Shown here piece after piece: positions 1 through 12,640 of a DNA stretch of 64,000 bases; positions within the stretch are counted from its first letter, which is position 1; every line of letters starts with the position of its first letter. Below the pieces are notes generated by a model, which worked only from the letters and a program-made list of their open reading frames with translations, did no database searches and was not told the origin of the DNA. The stretch is from the NCBI RefSeq assembly GCF_963921235.1, contig NC_086097.1, forward strand, positions 108,192,001 to 108,256,000, read 5' to 3'. Origin of the DNA: Mobula hypostoma. Lineage: Eukaryota. The translations under genes were made by a program, and so were the position numbers.

Positions 1-96
1 TGTTATTGGTTTCTGGCTTCTGAGACCAGTTCAGCATTACTAACACAGCTATGGATTTAGAATTACACTCAGTCCAACATGCTCAAGGATGTAAAT

Positions 97-365
97 CAGT
101 TTATTATTGTCACAAGTACCAAAGCACAGTGGAAAAATTTGTCTTGCATACCACCAAGTAGATCAATTCATTTCAAAGTAAAACAAAAACAGAGTACAGA
201 GATAGTGTAGGTAGACAATAATGTACAAGGTCCAAACAAGGTAGATTGTGAGTCTATCTAATTGTACTAAAGAAGCATTCTATAGTCTTATAACAGTGGG
301 ATAGAAGCTGTCCTTGAGTCTGATGATATGTGCTTGAATGCTTTTGTATCTTCTGCCTAATGGAC
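97..365 (-). mobile_element. Rex1/Babar-type LINE, 3' end fragment
   Basis: Minus strand translates PLGRRYKSIQAHIIRLKDSFYP, matching the Rex1-type ORF C-terminus (PSGRRYRS...RLxxSFxP), followed by a 3' UTR and an AATAAA tail. Confidence 0.7.
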
Positions 366-616
366 TGACTAAATTCCCTGTATAAAGAATAAAAAAAATA
401 GTGATTACAACCATCTGGAGGTTTCATGGTTACCAACGCCAAATTTCTTTATTCACTAAACAGTACTTCTTCAGTTGCTATGGTAGGATTTAAACCCATA
501 ATTCCAGGTCTTTCTCTAAGTCTCTACATTATTAGTCAGTAACATAGCTACTGCAGAATAGTTCTCAATATTTGAAGGCTCGTGGTCCAATTCCATTTGT
601 TATTTCTTCTGGTTTA

Positions 617-1578
617 AGATGGCACTACCGAAGATGCACAACAGCTTACAGGTCATTTAAACGAATCCGATTAAAACATTATTAGTAAACACCTTTTTGA
701 TGTAAATTGTGGTAAACGATCAGCACAGACAATGAAAGGCAAGTGAAGGCAAAGCTGGTGTGCTGCAAAATCAATGCACTTGGAATTGGACCATGCTTGT
801 TGGCGTGGACAATTCGGAGGGGAGAAGATGGAGCAGAGGAGTTCTGATGCCTGTCCAGTTGGTCTGGGTACGAGGGTGGATCATTCTAAGCACCGAGCTG
901 ATATGGAGAGGTCAAGAATGACCCCTTTAGCAGCGAAGTGCAGGTCTGAAGCAAATCACTTAGCAGTGTGTTCTAGGCCTGGGACAATTTGGCTTGCTTG
1001 GACAATCTAAATACCGGCCCAGGTGGACTGGAACATAGAGTGTCGAGAGTCGGATGAGGCTGGATCGCTCTGGATGCTAAATCAATTTTGAAAAGTCGAG
1101 AAAGGCATGCCCGGCAGCAAAATAAAAGCCTGGAGCAATTTGCCACGGCAGGCCAGGTCCTAGAGAGAGGTTCGGACAACTTAAGCGCCAGCCGGGATAG
1201 TCTGGGGGCTTGTCTCTCCTCAACGCTAAAGCTGTGAGACTGCTCCGGGCTGCTGTGCTTTGTGTCGGTGAACTTTGCAGTAATTTGCTCTGCTAATATG
1301 TGGAATTGAATTCTGAGACTTTGGGGCTACTCTGGGCTGCTCTGGGGAAGTGGATCTAAGGACTCAATTTGGTTTGGAATGCTGTTCTGTTATTCACTTC
1401 TATTGTTTGCATAATTTGTTTGGTGTTTTTCTCTCTCTTTGTCTGTGAGGGGATTGTTGCTCTTTTTTATAATTGGATTCTTTCCGGTTGCTTGCTTTGC
1501 AACTGCCTGTAAGCAAAGAAGTTTCAAGGTTGTATAATTTGCACATTCTTTGATAATAAATGCACTTTGAATCTTGAA
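617..1578 (+). mobile_element. Non-autonomous, non-coding retroposon with a Rex1-like tail (family A)
   Basis: Begins AAGATGGC, has a GC-rich non-coding middle, and ends TTTGATAATAAATGCACTTTGAATCTTGAA. Both ends resemble the reverse complement of 58023-58880. Confidence 0.55.
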
Positions 1579-1827
1579 TGTACTGGACCATAGAGTATGA
1601 GATTTGAGAACAGACACAATTAATGTTGTTTGTGCATTATTTAAGTCAAGGATTCCCTTTCCTTTCAATTTTGTAAAAATTGATGCATCTTTTTTGTATC
1701 AATATTGCTACACATTGCTTTCTCATTGGTGCATTAATGAGGTGTTCAGTACCTCTGCACTGCAAATACTAGGGTCAATATGCACTTTTATCTGAATTAG
1801 TCTTCCAACAGATGCAACACTTCTGGT

Positions 1828-2642
1828 AAGATGGTGGCACATGCACATACTGCGACCATTTGTTGGCCAATCAACATTTATTAAATGTGTTTTTTTATGA
1901 TTGTAAGACTATACTGCACTCCAATAACTATGGGTACAGCAGGTCAGCAGCATCAGTAAGCTGCTTATTGTTCAGAGTAGCTAGCTGGGGTGTTGTAGGA
2001 GCTGGCTGGTGGTTTGGAGAAGGGAGTTGTGGGCTGCTCGGGCCCCAGGAGGAGAGTGAAGGCCAGTCAGGCCTCCCGAGGAGCCAGATTGTGTTCAGAG
2101 GAGCTGGCCTGGGTGCAGATCGTGCTGCTGCCTGCTATTCAAAGACACCGAAGTTGGTGTGTGAAGGCAGCTTGCAGTGAAATTGGAAGAGACTCCCTTG
2201 GACGTTCCTCTTGCAATTGCAAGACCCTGTTGGACGTTGATAGCCGCAGGCCTGTTTCCCTTGTTTGGTGGGGAGACAGGCAGCAGTGTAGCTTCAGTTG
2301 TAGTGAGGACTAGGCCCCAAGCCGCGAGCTTGCCTGCTGCTGCACTCCAGGTGAGGAGACGCTGGAGGCTGGTGTAGCAAGAGGTTGGAGGTGGCCCTCT
2401 CCCATCAGTGCTGCCCTCTGGTGTTCAGTTGGTGGAACAGTAGGCTGTATTGCCAAGAACCATCAATTAGCTGGATTTGTTGCTCAGGGTCTCTGTCTGA
2501 AAAGTGTGTTTTCTTATGCGACAATGTCTTTTTTGTCATTCTTGCTATTATGAATGCTCATGTATGCTTTTGCAGCTTGGCCCCAGAGAAACACTGTTCT
2601 CGTTTGGCTGGATCCATGTATGGTTTGAACAACAATTAAGCT
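1828..2642 (+). mobile_element. Probable non-autonomous retroposon (family B)
   Basis: Begins AAGATGGTGGC, has a GC-rich non-coding body, and its 3' part resembles the Rex1-type 3' UTR end at ~22770-22840. Confidence 0.4.
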
Positions 2643-2664
2643 TTCTAAACACACTCTGGCCACC

Positions 2665-2850
2665 ATTGACCTGGCACTGGAGGAGCTGAGCACTGATCAA
2701 CAGTCAAGAAACAACACATCCTGATGCCTTCTGGATCATTGCAGGCTCTTTAACCAGGCCAGCTTGAAGAAGTCTCTGACAAACTAACATGAGCATACCA
2801 CTTGTGGTACTAGAGGAGACAACACATTTGATCACTGTTACCACCATTAA
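2665..2850 (+). mobile_element. Rex1/Babar LINE endonuclease fragment
   Basis: Degenerate translation HPDAFWIIAG.FNQASLKKSL...TCGTRGDNTFDHCY, the C-terminal motifs of an APE endonuclease. Confidence 0.65.
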
Positions 2851-3655
2851 GGGACCATTCTGGGGGCCTTAGCAGAGGTACTTAAAGCATACGTAAGTGC
2901 AGGTATGGTGCTAGAGGAATGGAGGATAGCTTATGTCATTCTGTTGTTCAAGAAACGCTCTAAGAATAAGTCAGTTAATTATAGGCCAGTGAGCCTGACG
3001 TCAATAGTGGGTAAATTATTGGAAGCTATTCAAAGGAATGGGATATATAAGTATTTGGATAGACAGGGCCTAATTAGGAATAGTCAACATTGCTTTGTGC
3101 ATGGTAGGTTGTGTCTAACCAATTTTGTGCAGTTTTTCAAGTACGTTTCCAGGAAAGTAGATGAAGGATAGGCAGTGGATATTGTTTAGATTGTCTTTTA
3201 CAAGGCCATTGACCAGATCCCACATGGGAGGCTGGTCAAGAAGGTTCAGTTTCTTGGCATTCTGAGTGAGGTAGTGCACTGGGTTTGATAATGGCATAAT
3301 GGGAGAAGCCAGAGAGTGGTAGTGGATGGTGCAGGGATCAGTGCTGGCTCTGTTGTTGTTTATCATCAATATCAATGCTCTGGATGATAATATGGTAAAA
3401 TGGATCAGCAAACTTGCAGATAACACCAAGGTTGGGGGCTTGGTGAACAGCCAGGAGCTTACCAAAGCTCACAGTGGGATCAAGATCTGTTGTTAAAATG
3501 GGCTGAGAATGGCAGATGGAATTTAATGAAGACAAGTGAGCGTTGCACCTTGGGAGGGATAAACCAAGGTAAGACTTGCACAATGAATGTAGGGCATTGA
3601 GAAGTGTGGTAGAAGAGAAGGATCTGGGAATACAGAGCCACAATTCTCTGAAAGA
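2851..3655 (+). mobile_element. CR1 LINE ORF2 (reverse transcriptase) fragment
   Basis: ORF 2905-3171 WRIAYVILLFKK..NYRPVSLTSIVGKLLE..SQHCFVHGRLCLTN. Downstream frameshifted KLADNTK (FADD-equivalent) and EKDLGI motifs. Confidence 0.9.
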
Positions 3656-3860
3656 GGGGGTTCCTTCAACGTTACCTCTGGTATCCCTTATTTGCTGTAC
3701 TTGGATTTGTTGAACCTCAACTGCTGACATAATGTTGACCATTTCAGGTTTTCCACTCATACCTACTGACTTCCAAATTTGCAGCATTCCATGGAAGGGC
3801 ATCATCGCCCACCATTCCTGCTGACTAGGACAGCGCTGCTCTGCTTTGATAAACTGAACG

Positions 3861-4485
3861 CAAACACAGGAGATTCTTCAGATGATGGAAATACAAAACA
3901 ACAACAAAATGCTGGAGGAACTCAGCAGGTCAGGCACCATCAATGGAGAGAAATAGAGTCAATGTTTCGGACCTAGACTCTTGATCAGGACTGGAAATGA
4001 AGGGGGAAGAATCCAGAATAAGAAGTTGGAGGAAGGGGAAAGAAGGTGGGGGCAGGTGATGGGTGAAGCCAGGTGACAGTGTAGGTGGATGGTGGGGGAG
4101 AGGGAATGAAGTGAGAAGCTGGGAGGTGATGTGTGGAGTAGGTAAAGGGCTGAAAAAGAAGGAATCTGATAGAAGAGAGTGGATCATGGGAGAAGGTGAA
4201 GGAGGTGATAGGCAAGTGAGGAGAAGAGAAGGGGTAAGAAGGGGAGCCAGAATGGGGAATGGAAAAATAGAACGAGGATGGGGAGAAATTTTGTGAAGTT
4301 AGAAAGATTGATGTTCATGCCATTAGGTAGGAGGCTACCCAGATGGGATATGAGGTGTTGCTCCTCCAGTCTGAGACTGGCCTCATTGTGGCGGTAGAGT
4401 GTGCCATGGACTGATAAGTGGGAATGGGAAGTAGAATTAAAATGGGTGGCCACTGGGAAATCCCGTGGTGACAGAGCAAAGGGTG
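3861..4485 (-). mobile_element. Penelope-like element 3' end (GIY-YIG tail plus terminal repeat)
   Basis: ORF 4184-4534 contains DFPVATHFNSTSHSH..RLEEQHLISHLGSLLPNGMNINLSNF, homologous to 14670-14846. Degenerate hammerhead at ~3956-3994. Confidence 0.85.
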
Positions 4486-4534
4486 AACCTTTGTAGGAGT
4501 TGGTGTACCTGGCAGGGAACTGAAAGCAAGTCAA

Positions 4535-6277
4535 CTGGTTGGAGTATTCAGGGACATCCTCAGCCTCTCATTGTTGTAGTTAGAGGTTTTCACCTGCTTC
4601 GAAAAGGCATCAATCATACAGGTGCTCAGGAAGAGTAGAGTGAGCTGCCTCAATGACTATCACTTGGTAACACTCACATCTACTGGACATGCTGTAATTT
4701 GACTACCACCACAACAGGTCTGCAGCAGATGCAATCCTTCTGACACTCCACTGGGCTTTGGACCATCTGGACAACAGCAGTACCTCCGTCAGATTGTTCA
4801 GCATCATCATCCCCACAGTACTAATTAACAAGCTTCAAACCTGGCCCTCTGTAATCCTCGTTGAAGGACGAGAGTTAATATGGATTGGTGATAATATCTC
4901 TTCAGTGACAATTAATACAGGTGCACCTCAAGAATGCCTGATTAACCCACTGCTCTACTCTCTCAACACCCTTGACAGTGTGGCTAGACACAGCTCAAAC
5001 ACCATCTGTAGATTCACTGATTCACAGGTGGCACCGCTGCTGTTGGCTGAATCGCAGATGGTGACAAAGAGATGTACAGGAGTGAAATAGATCAGCTGCT
5101 TAAGTGGTGTTACAATGAGAACCTTGCACTGAATGTGTGCAAGACCAAAGAATTTATTGTAGACTTCACAAAGGTGAAGTCAGAAGAACACGCACTATTC
5201 CACATTGAGAGACCAGCAGTGGAAAGGGTGAGCAATCTGACTGGTTGCATCCCAAGCAAGAAAAAATCTGCAGATGCTGGAAATCCAAGCAACACACACA
5301 AAATGCTGGGAGAACTCAGCAGGTCAGGCAGCTTCTATGGAAATGAGGAACTGGTGTGATGAGACCACACTCGGGTTAGAGGAGAAACACCTTGTATTCC
5401 GTTTGGGTAGCCTCCAACCAGATGGCATATACATTGATTTCTCAAATTTCCAGTAATTGCCCTCCCCCTTCATCATTCCTCATTCCTATTTCCCTCTCTC
5501 GCCTTATCTCCTTACCTGCCAATCACCTCCCTCTGGTGCTTCTCCCCCTTCCTTGTCTTCCATGGCTTTCTGCCCTCTCCTACCTAGCCCTTTATCTCTT
5601 TAACCAATCGACTTCCCAGCTCTTACTTCACCCTTGCCACCTCTCCCAGTTTCACCTATCACCTACTACCTCGTACTTCTTCCTCCACTCCCCCTACCTT
5701 CCTACACTGACTTTTCATCTTGTTTTCTCCTGTCCTGCTGAAGTGTCTCGGCCTGAAACATCGACTGTTTACTCTTTTCTATAGGTGCTGCCTGGCCTGC
5801 TGAGTCCCCCTGAACATTTTGTGTGTGTTGCTTGGTTGCTTCACTGTCTGGTGTGGAGGTGCCAATGCGCAGGTTTACAAGAGACTTCAGAGGGTGGTAG
5901 ACTCAGCCATTTGCATCATGGACAAGAGCCTCCGCGCCATTGAGGACATTTTCAAAAGGCCATGCCTTAAGACGGCAGCATCCATAATGATGGTCCTTCA
6001 CCATCCAGGACAAACCCTTTTCTTATTATTACCATCAGGGAGGAGGTACAGGAACCAGAAGACACACACTCCATGTTTAGGGATGGTTTCTTCCCCCCGC
6101 CATCAGGATTGTAAATGATCCATGAACCGCGTATTCTACCTCGCTATTCCTCTTTTGAACTACCTATTTAATTTTTATTGTAACTTGTAGTAATTTGTTA
6201 TGCCTGCACTGAACTACTGCCACAAAATTAACAAATTTTCACGGTTTATGTCAATGATAGTAAATTTGATTCTGATT
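4535..6277 (+). mobile_element. Rex1/Babar LINE (RT to 3' end), interrupted by a Penelope-like insertion
   Basis: Motifs TGAPQECLINPLLYSL, LNVCKTKEFIVDF and LLPSGRRYR; tail GATTCTGATTC at ~6268-6278. Confidence 0.85.
5252..5832. mobile_element. Penelope-like insertion with an inverted 5' terminal segment
   Basis: 5255-5345 is the reverse complement of the element terminus. 5355-5832 carries LEEKHLVFRLGSLQPDGIYIDFSNF plus the terminal repeat. Flanked by TGGTTGCATC (5242-5251) and TGGTTGCTTC (5833-5842). Confidence 0.85.
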
Positions 6278-6754
6278 CCAACATAGAAAGAGAAATCTTT
6301 TTAAACTGCTGCATGATTTCACTGCACATTAGAAAGCTCTTCCAAGACATCAGCTATTTCAGTTGGCTGTTGAGTGGTTTGATCATATGGAGCAAAACAC
6401 CTAAAAGAAAGTTTGCATTTTCTTTTGAATTTTTCTGCTGTAACTTAATTTCTGATGTGGATTGGTTTAATTAAAGTATCAAGCTGTTTTTTTCCTTCTA
6501 ACCACGTCCAAACTTTGATAGTGCAATCTCCGTAGACCTGAATTGTGATTAAACCTTGCTGGTGTGTGCTTTTTCAAATCCAATGCCTGCAGTTAAGCCT
6601 TCTGGCATTTTAATTATCAACAGCTGTACTTAACAGGAGAATCAGTTTGCCATTTAAAATCTTAACTTTTCACTTTCTACCAGTTTTGTACATCTTTTTT
6701 AAGTTGGAAGGAAAACATGGACAGATACAAGGAATGTTTATTCACCATCAAAAG

Positions 6755-6834
6755 CAGGGGTTCCCAACCTTTTTTATGCCATGGACCTCTACCATTCACC
6801 AAGGGGAACGTTGACCCCAGACTGGGAACTCCTG
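6755..6834. mobile_element. hAT (Charlie-like) MITE, 80 bp
   Basis: Termini CAGGGGTTCCCAACC and ACTGGGAACTCCTG; imperfect 8-bp flanks ATCAAAAG/ATCTTGAG; second copy at 34260-34338. Confidence 0.8.
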
Positions 6835-7599
6835 ATCTTGAGTGTTCCTCAAATAGTTCACTGATTTCAATCCAGAGTGGAAATGTTGTAGCCCAGCCAA
6901 AATGTCCCATTCTGTATTTATCCAGTGTATCACATCATGATTAAAATAGAATTCATTTTGTGTATCAAATGGGTGAAGGAATGGTTGCTTCTTACATATG
7001 GTGACCTCTTCATGTCTACTTTTTAGTAAGATCAGCTTGGTCTGAATGTAACCTCAATCCTGCATATCCATCTAAACCATAGACTTTCACTACCCCCCAC
7101 ACCAAACACATCAAATAGCTATCTACCTCTGCATTAAAATTTCCTGGATTGTGTTTCCATTGCTGTTTTTGGAAAACATCTTGAAAAACTCGTAACATCT
7201 CCATTATTTTTGAACAATTCTCAATTCTCTGACAAGGAAACACACTTTCTACAAAAACTTTATCAAGGCCTTCCTCTGGACCTTGTATGTTTCAATCCTG
7301 TTCCCAGCCCTATCCCTGTTTTAAACTCCGTACTAAGTCTGTCCAAGCTTTTCCTTGGCAGGCAAATGGTCTGTTCCAGATATGTCCAGTAAATGTCTGA
7401 GTGGCAGCCAGCACCTGATAGTGACAGGAATGGGCAGGTGCTTCTGTCGTCATAAACATGAATCCAGGACATTTTTTTTTTAGCTACTTGGTGTCAGGAT
7501 CAAGGATATTACAGAACAGTTGTTGAGTGAGCTTGGAGGAGGATAGGCATCCGAAGGTTCAAGTTCTTTCTAATGAGAGGCAAAAAAGGGATGAGGTCT

Positions 7600-8062
7600 T
7601 GCATCTTAACCCCCACCACTCAGCATATGCTCTCTTCTCGCTACTGCCATCAGAATGAAGGTACAAGAGCCTTAGGACTCACACCAACAGGTTTGGGAGC
7701 AGTTAAGACTTCTCAGCCATCTGGCTCCTGAACAAAAGGGATAACTACACTCAACTTCATTTGTCCAATCATAGAAATGTTCCCACAAGCAACCAGTGGA
7801 TTCACTTTCAAGGACTCCAACTCATGTTCTCAATATTTAGTGCTTGCTTATTTATATTGTTGTTTCTTCTTTTTGTATTTGCACCGTCTGTTGTCTTCTG
7901 CACTCTGGTTGAAAGTCCTAGTTCAGCAGATGTTCACTTCTTCTGTTATAGTTACTGTTCTATAGATCTTTTAAGTATGCCCGCAAAAAAAAACAAATCT
8001 CAAATTTGTATATGGTGATATATATGTACTTCCATAATAAAATTTCCTTTGAACTTTGAATT
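7600..8062 (+). mobile_element. Rex1/Babar LINE 3' end
   Basis: ALFSLLPSE*RYKSLRTHTNRF translation, a 3' UTR, then ATAATAAAATTTCCTTTGAACTTTGAA tail. Confidence 0.75.
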
Positions 8063-8159
8063 TAGAAAGTTAGACATCAGATTAATAGGCTAGTCCCTTC
8101 AGATTGTAACCCCTTGATTACTCCTCCCTTATCCTAGGAATGTTAAGACTGGGAAGAAA

Positions 8160-8840
8160 ATTCTGATTAATGTGTGGTTAAAAAAAGATGGTGCAGAAGG
8201 GAAGTCTTTTGGTTTCTGGAACCCTGGGGCTATTTCTGGGGAAGGTGGAACCTGTGCAAGTGGAATGGTTTTCAGCCCAATTAGAACGTATCCAAAATCC
8301 TTGCAAGAGCATTTGCTAATGCTGTCAATATCAGTTTAATCTAATTTGATAAGGGAATAAGACATGGAATAGGAAGACAGTGGAAGATGAGAAGCATCCA
8401 AATGTAGATATCAGTTATGAATAGGCACGATTGGGAGGAATGCAAGGCTAGATTGCATCTGTGTTATTGTGAAGAAGACAGAAGAATTGAGGGTGTTGAT
8501 TATTGCTTGGGAATACGACACTGTTGGCATAACGGAGAGATGGTTGAGAGGTGGCAGAATTGTCAACTCAATATTCTAGGGCCTAGAACCTCCTGGGTTG
8601 AGTTAGTATTGGAATATTAACCAAGTGTTTCTATACTGAAGGAGGGAAAATATCCTTAAAGGGTCTTCAAATGAAACCAAATGGGTGGAGCTTAGAAATG
8701 TAAAGGAAGGTTATCATTTTACTACATTTGTAAGATCAGCTCAGTGGGAGATAGAGCAAATTGTAGAGAAATGTAAAAAATGGGATGATAGTGGCAGTAC
8801 CTATCAATTTCTTCAACATTAACTAGGGTTATCTTGGATA
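8160..8840 (+). mobile_element. Old CR1 LINE fragment (ORF1 esterase end and ORF2 endonuclease start)
   Basis: Degenerate FLEPWGYFWGRWNLCKWNGF (ORF1 SGNH-like) and WVELRN (APE) motifs; homologous to 63380-64000. Confidence 0.6.
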
Positions 8841-8952
8841 TAGATTAAGAGTTGGCTTTCAGTTCCTCTTGATTTTCACTATATTGTTCCATAATCTTTA
8901 GGTTTGTCCCCAATAAATAACTTTTTATGCTGTGAAGTGAAGAAATGTTGGG

Positions 8953-10840
8953 AGAACAGGAGCAGAAGTAGGTCTATTAGCTCCTCAGATCTGCCTTACC
9001 ATTCAATAAGGTCATGACTGATCCCGTCTAAGACTCAACAACACTCTCCTGCTCTCTCTACACGCAGCTTGACTCATTTGTCATTTAAATGTATGTTAAT
9101 CTCTTTCTTGAATACCTTCTATAACTCTACCATCATGCTCTCTGGGATAGAGAATTTCAAAGATCCATGACACTCTGAGAGAAGAAATTCTTCTTAATCT
9201 TCATCTGGAATGGATGGCTCCAAAAGGGTTAGCATCCTCCCAACACCCTCCTAAATCTCCTTCAGGGTTTCACATGTTTTCAATAAATTCACCTTTACTC
9301 TGTTTATGCACTAAAAAGATAAGGTCCAACCTGCTCAGCATTTCTTTCTATGTCACCACTTTCACTGCAGGAACCAACTGAGTTAACCTTCTCTGTACTG
9401 CCTCCTAGTGTATATATATCCTTCCTTAAATATGGAGAACAAAACTGCAGAGTACTTCAGGTGCAGTATTATCAATATCCTGTAAAATTACATCTAACTT
9501 CTCTTCTTTAATAATCCTAACCCTTTGCAGTTAAAGTCACCATATCTTTCTCCATTTTCATTACATGCTGCATCTGCATGCTAACTATTTGTTTTACAAA
9601 TACTGGGATTTCCATAGAATGTTATAGCACTGTACAGGCCCTTTTGCATCAACCTTTTACCCTACTCTAAAATCAATCTAACTCTTCCTTTCCACATAGC
9701 CTTCCATTTTTCTGTCATCCACGTATCTCTTAAATGTCCTGAATGTACCTGCCTCTACTGTTACCTGGAAGGGTATTCCACACATCCACCACACTCTAGG
9801 TAAACAAAAACTTGCCTTTGACATTTCCCCCCCATATTTTCCTTCAATCACCTTAAAATTATGCCCCCTAGTATTAGCCATTTCCGCTCTATGCACAAAA
9901 ATTTTGTAATTTGCTCTGCTTTTTGTTCTTCCATCTAAAGTGGATAGCTTCACTTTTATTCCATATTACTGCCAACTTCTTGTCCACTCACTAAACTGAT
10001 ATGTAATCCCTCTGATGGTTCTTTGCATCCTCCACAAAATTTGCTAACCCATCTACATTGGCATATTCACTGAATTTGGCTCCAGTACACTTGCTCACTC
10101 CGTCCATGTCATTCATATGCTAGATTGTAAATAGTTGAGGTCCATTACAGATAGACAAATCAAAAATGCCCAACTTATGCAAAGTCTCTTATTTTGTTAG
10201 TTAGCTACTCCTTTAACCATGCCAATGTAGCTGCTTGATATGGATCGATAGTGTAGTTAAGAAGGCTTATGCAGTGCTTGCTTTTATTAGTCAAGATATT
10301 GAGTTCAAGAACCAAGAGGCTGTGTCGAAAATTTATAGAACCCTGTTTAGGCTATATCTGGAGTATTGCATACAGTTCTGGTCACCCCACTATAGGAAGG
10401 ATATTGAGGCTTTGAAGAGGGTGCAGAAAGGTTCACTAGGATGCTGCCTGGTTTAGAGAGCATGTAATATCAAGAGAGGCTGGGCACACTTGGGTTGTTT
10501 TTTATGAAGTGGTGACTGAGAGGAAATCTGTTGGAGGATTGTAGGAGGCATAGATAGAGTAGACAGGCCGATTCCTGTGTTGTACTGTTCTAATATATTC
10601 ATAATCCTGCATACTTTCATCTTGTGCGGTAATATTTTGTGTGGAAATGCCTTCCCTATTGCCTTCTGGAAATCTACTATTACATACTAAATCTATTGAT
10701 TCATCAGTATGCCCTATCTTAGTGTGGCAGATTTGTCAAATCTTATTTCCATTTCATAAAACCATGTTGATTCTGTTTGTCTTATGAATTTGAAAATGAC
10801 CTGCTATTACCTCCTGTATAATGGATTCTAAAGTTCTTAC
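8953..10840 (-). mobile_element. Old CR1 LINE (3' end to RT) with nested CR1 fragments
   Basis: CR1-type 3' end at ~8953-9030. A second minus-strand CR1 3' end is nested at ~9612-9890 (ORF 9678-9953, AEMANTRGHNFKV). RT remnants run to ~10840. Confidence 0.7.
10236..10590 (+). mobile_element. CR1 LINE ORF2 C-terminal fragment
   Basis: ORF 10235-10456 VVKKAYAVLAFISQDIEFK..LEYCIQFWSPHYRKDIEAL. Confidence 0.85.
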
Positions 10841-11029
10841 AAAAGATGAGAACGTTATGGAAACAATTTGATTTAAGGCACAGACATTCTCCACAGCAAA
10901 GACATTCTCAGAAAACTGACCCCATTTTATGCATAGATATCATCTGCGTAGAGCAACTGAGAGTGGCAGTGGTGGAATACATGTTGGTGAATTGGTTGTT
11001 CCAATGTCATAAGGGCAGCTTTATCGGGT

Positions 11030-11660
11030 CATAAAGAAAGCTTTTGGCACATTAGCCTTCATAAATCAAAGTACTGAGTACAGGAGATGGGATGTTTTAT
11101 TGAAGTTATACAAGACACTGGTGAGGCCTAATTTGGAGTACTCTGTGCAGTTTTGGTCACCAGCCTACAGGAAAGATGTAATCAAGTTTTAAAGAATGTC
11201 GAGAAAATTTACAGGGATGTTTCCAGGTCTGGAGGACTAGAGTTATATGGAAAGACTGAATAGGTTAGGACTTTATTCCTTGGAACGTAAAAGACTGAGA
11301 GGAGATTTGTTAGAGGTATGCAAAATTATGAGGGGTAAGGAGGGATTAAATGTAAGCAGGCTTTTTCTGCAACTGAAGTTGTGTGGGACTACAACTAGAG
11401 GTCATGTGTTAAGGGTGAAAGGTGAGAATTTTAAGGGATACATATGGGGAAACTTCTTCACTCTGAGGGTCGTGAGAGTATGGAATGATAAGCCAGTGCA
11501 AGCAGTGCATGCAAGCTCGATTTCAATGTTTAAGAGAAAATTGGATAGATACATGGATGGTAGGAGTGTGGAGAGCCATGGTCCCTGTACGGGTCAATGG
11601 AGTAAGCAGTTCAAATGGTTTGGCACAGACTAGATGGGCCGAAAGCCCTATTTCTGTGCT
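11030..11660 (+). mobile_element. CR1 LINE 3' end
   Basis: ORF 11247-11633 ERLNRLGLYSLERKRLRGDL..TRGH..FFTLRVVRVWN; 3' hairpin-like GGGCCGAAAGCCC. Confidence 0.9.
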
Positions 11661-12204
11661 TTAACTCAACTTTGCTGGTAGAGTCATAGAAAAGTACAGC
11701 AATGATGATACCAGCTGTGACCTTTCTGGATGGCAATTAATGCTTGAATTACCATTTGGAATATCCTGCTTTTGGTTCTTCCATTTAAAATGTTATATGA
11801 GATTTACCTTTATGTTCCCAGGTATTCATCTTTCACTGATGGTGAGCATTATTGCCTTAAAGCAAAAACTGCCCTCAATAAATTGCAAATAAATATGAGT
11901 TCCAAATGCCATACTAAAAAGTAATAAATTCAGAGAGTAAGCCTTCCAGAGTTCAATTTCTGAAGAAAGAATGATTGTGTTCAACACTGAACCATCAGCT
12001 GTGTGTAAACCTGCAAGCAGGGCTAAAGGGGATGAAGTGATAACAATCTGATCAGATCAAACAATTAGTGTGAAGGTAAAAATATTCACAAAACTAATAA
12101 ACAGTCATAAAGTCATTTAATTGGACAATTATGACATTAATTTTTTTGTAAGTTATAACTTATTGATTTCACATATATTTAGTACATATTTAGAAATTAT
12201 ACTA

Positions 12205-12611
12205 TTCACTGAACTGAGCTGAAACTGAACATTCCTGAACTTTCACTGACTTTGAGGTTTGATATTTTACATTGTTTCTTTTCACTCATTTTTTTTGTCA
12301 TTTGCGTGATTTGCTCATTTTTTTTTGCGTATTGAGGGTTTGATGTTTCTCTTTGAATAGATTCAATAGTTTTCTTTGTTTCGTGGCTATTTGTGGGAAG
12401 ATGAATCTCAGGGTTGTGTACTGTATGCATACGTACAGTAGCTCAAAATACTAAATAAATGTGTCATCTTTAACTTTATGTCTTTTGGAAATCAGGTCAT
12501 CTTTTACTCGCTTAGCTATTCACAGTCACAGAAATTTTGAGCGGGGTGCCTAAACTTTTGCATACCACCGTACTTTGATAATAGATGTACATTGAATCTT
12601 TTGAATCTTTG
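12205..12611 (+). mobile_element. Rex1-like retroposon 3' UTR/tail, interrupted by a Tc1 remnant
   Basis: GAATCTCAGGGTTGTGTA..CTTTGATAATAGATGTACATTGAATCTTTTGAATC resembles the tails at 1500-1578 and 7990-8062. Confidence 0.6.
12436..12570. mobile_element. Tc1/mariner remnant (135 bp, mostly one end)
   Basis: TA|CAGT...GGGGTGCCTAAACTTTTGCATACCACCG|TA. The right end has Tc1-type TIR character, and TA is duplicated within the host repeat tail. Confidence 0.6.
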
Positions 12612-12640
12612 CAGCAATATCTTTCCTTATCCTTTCACAG

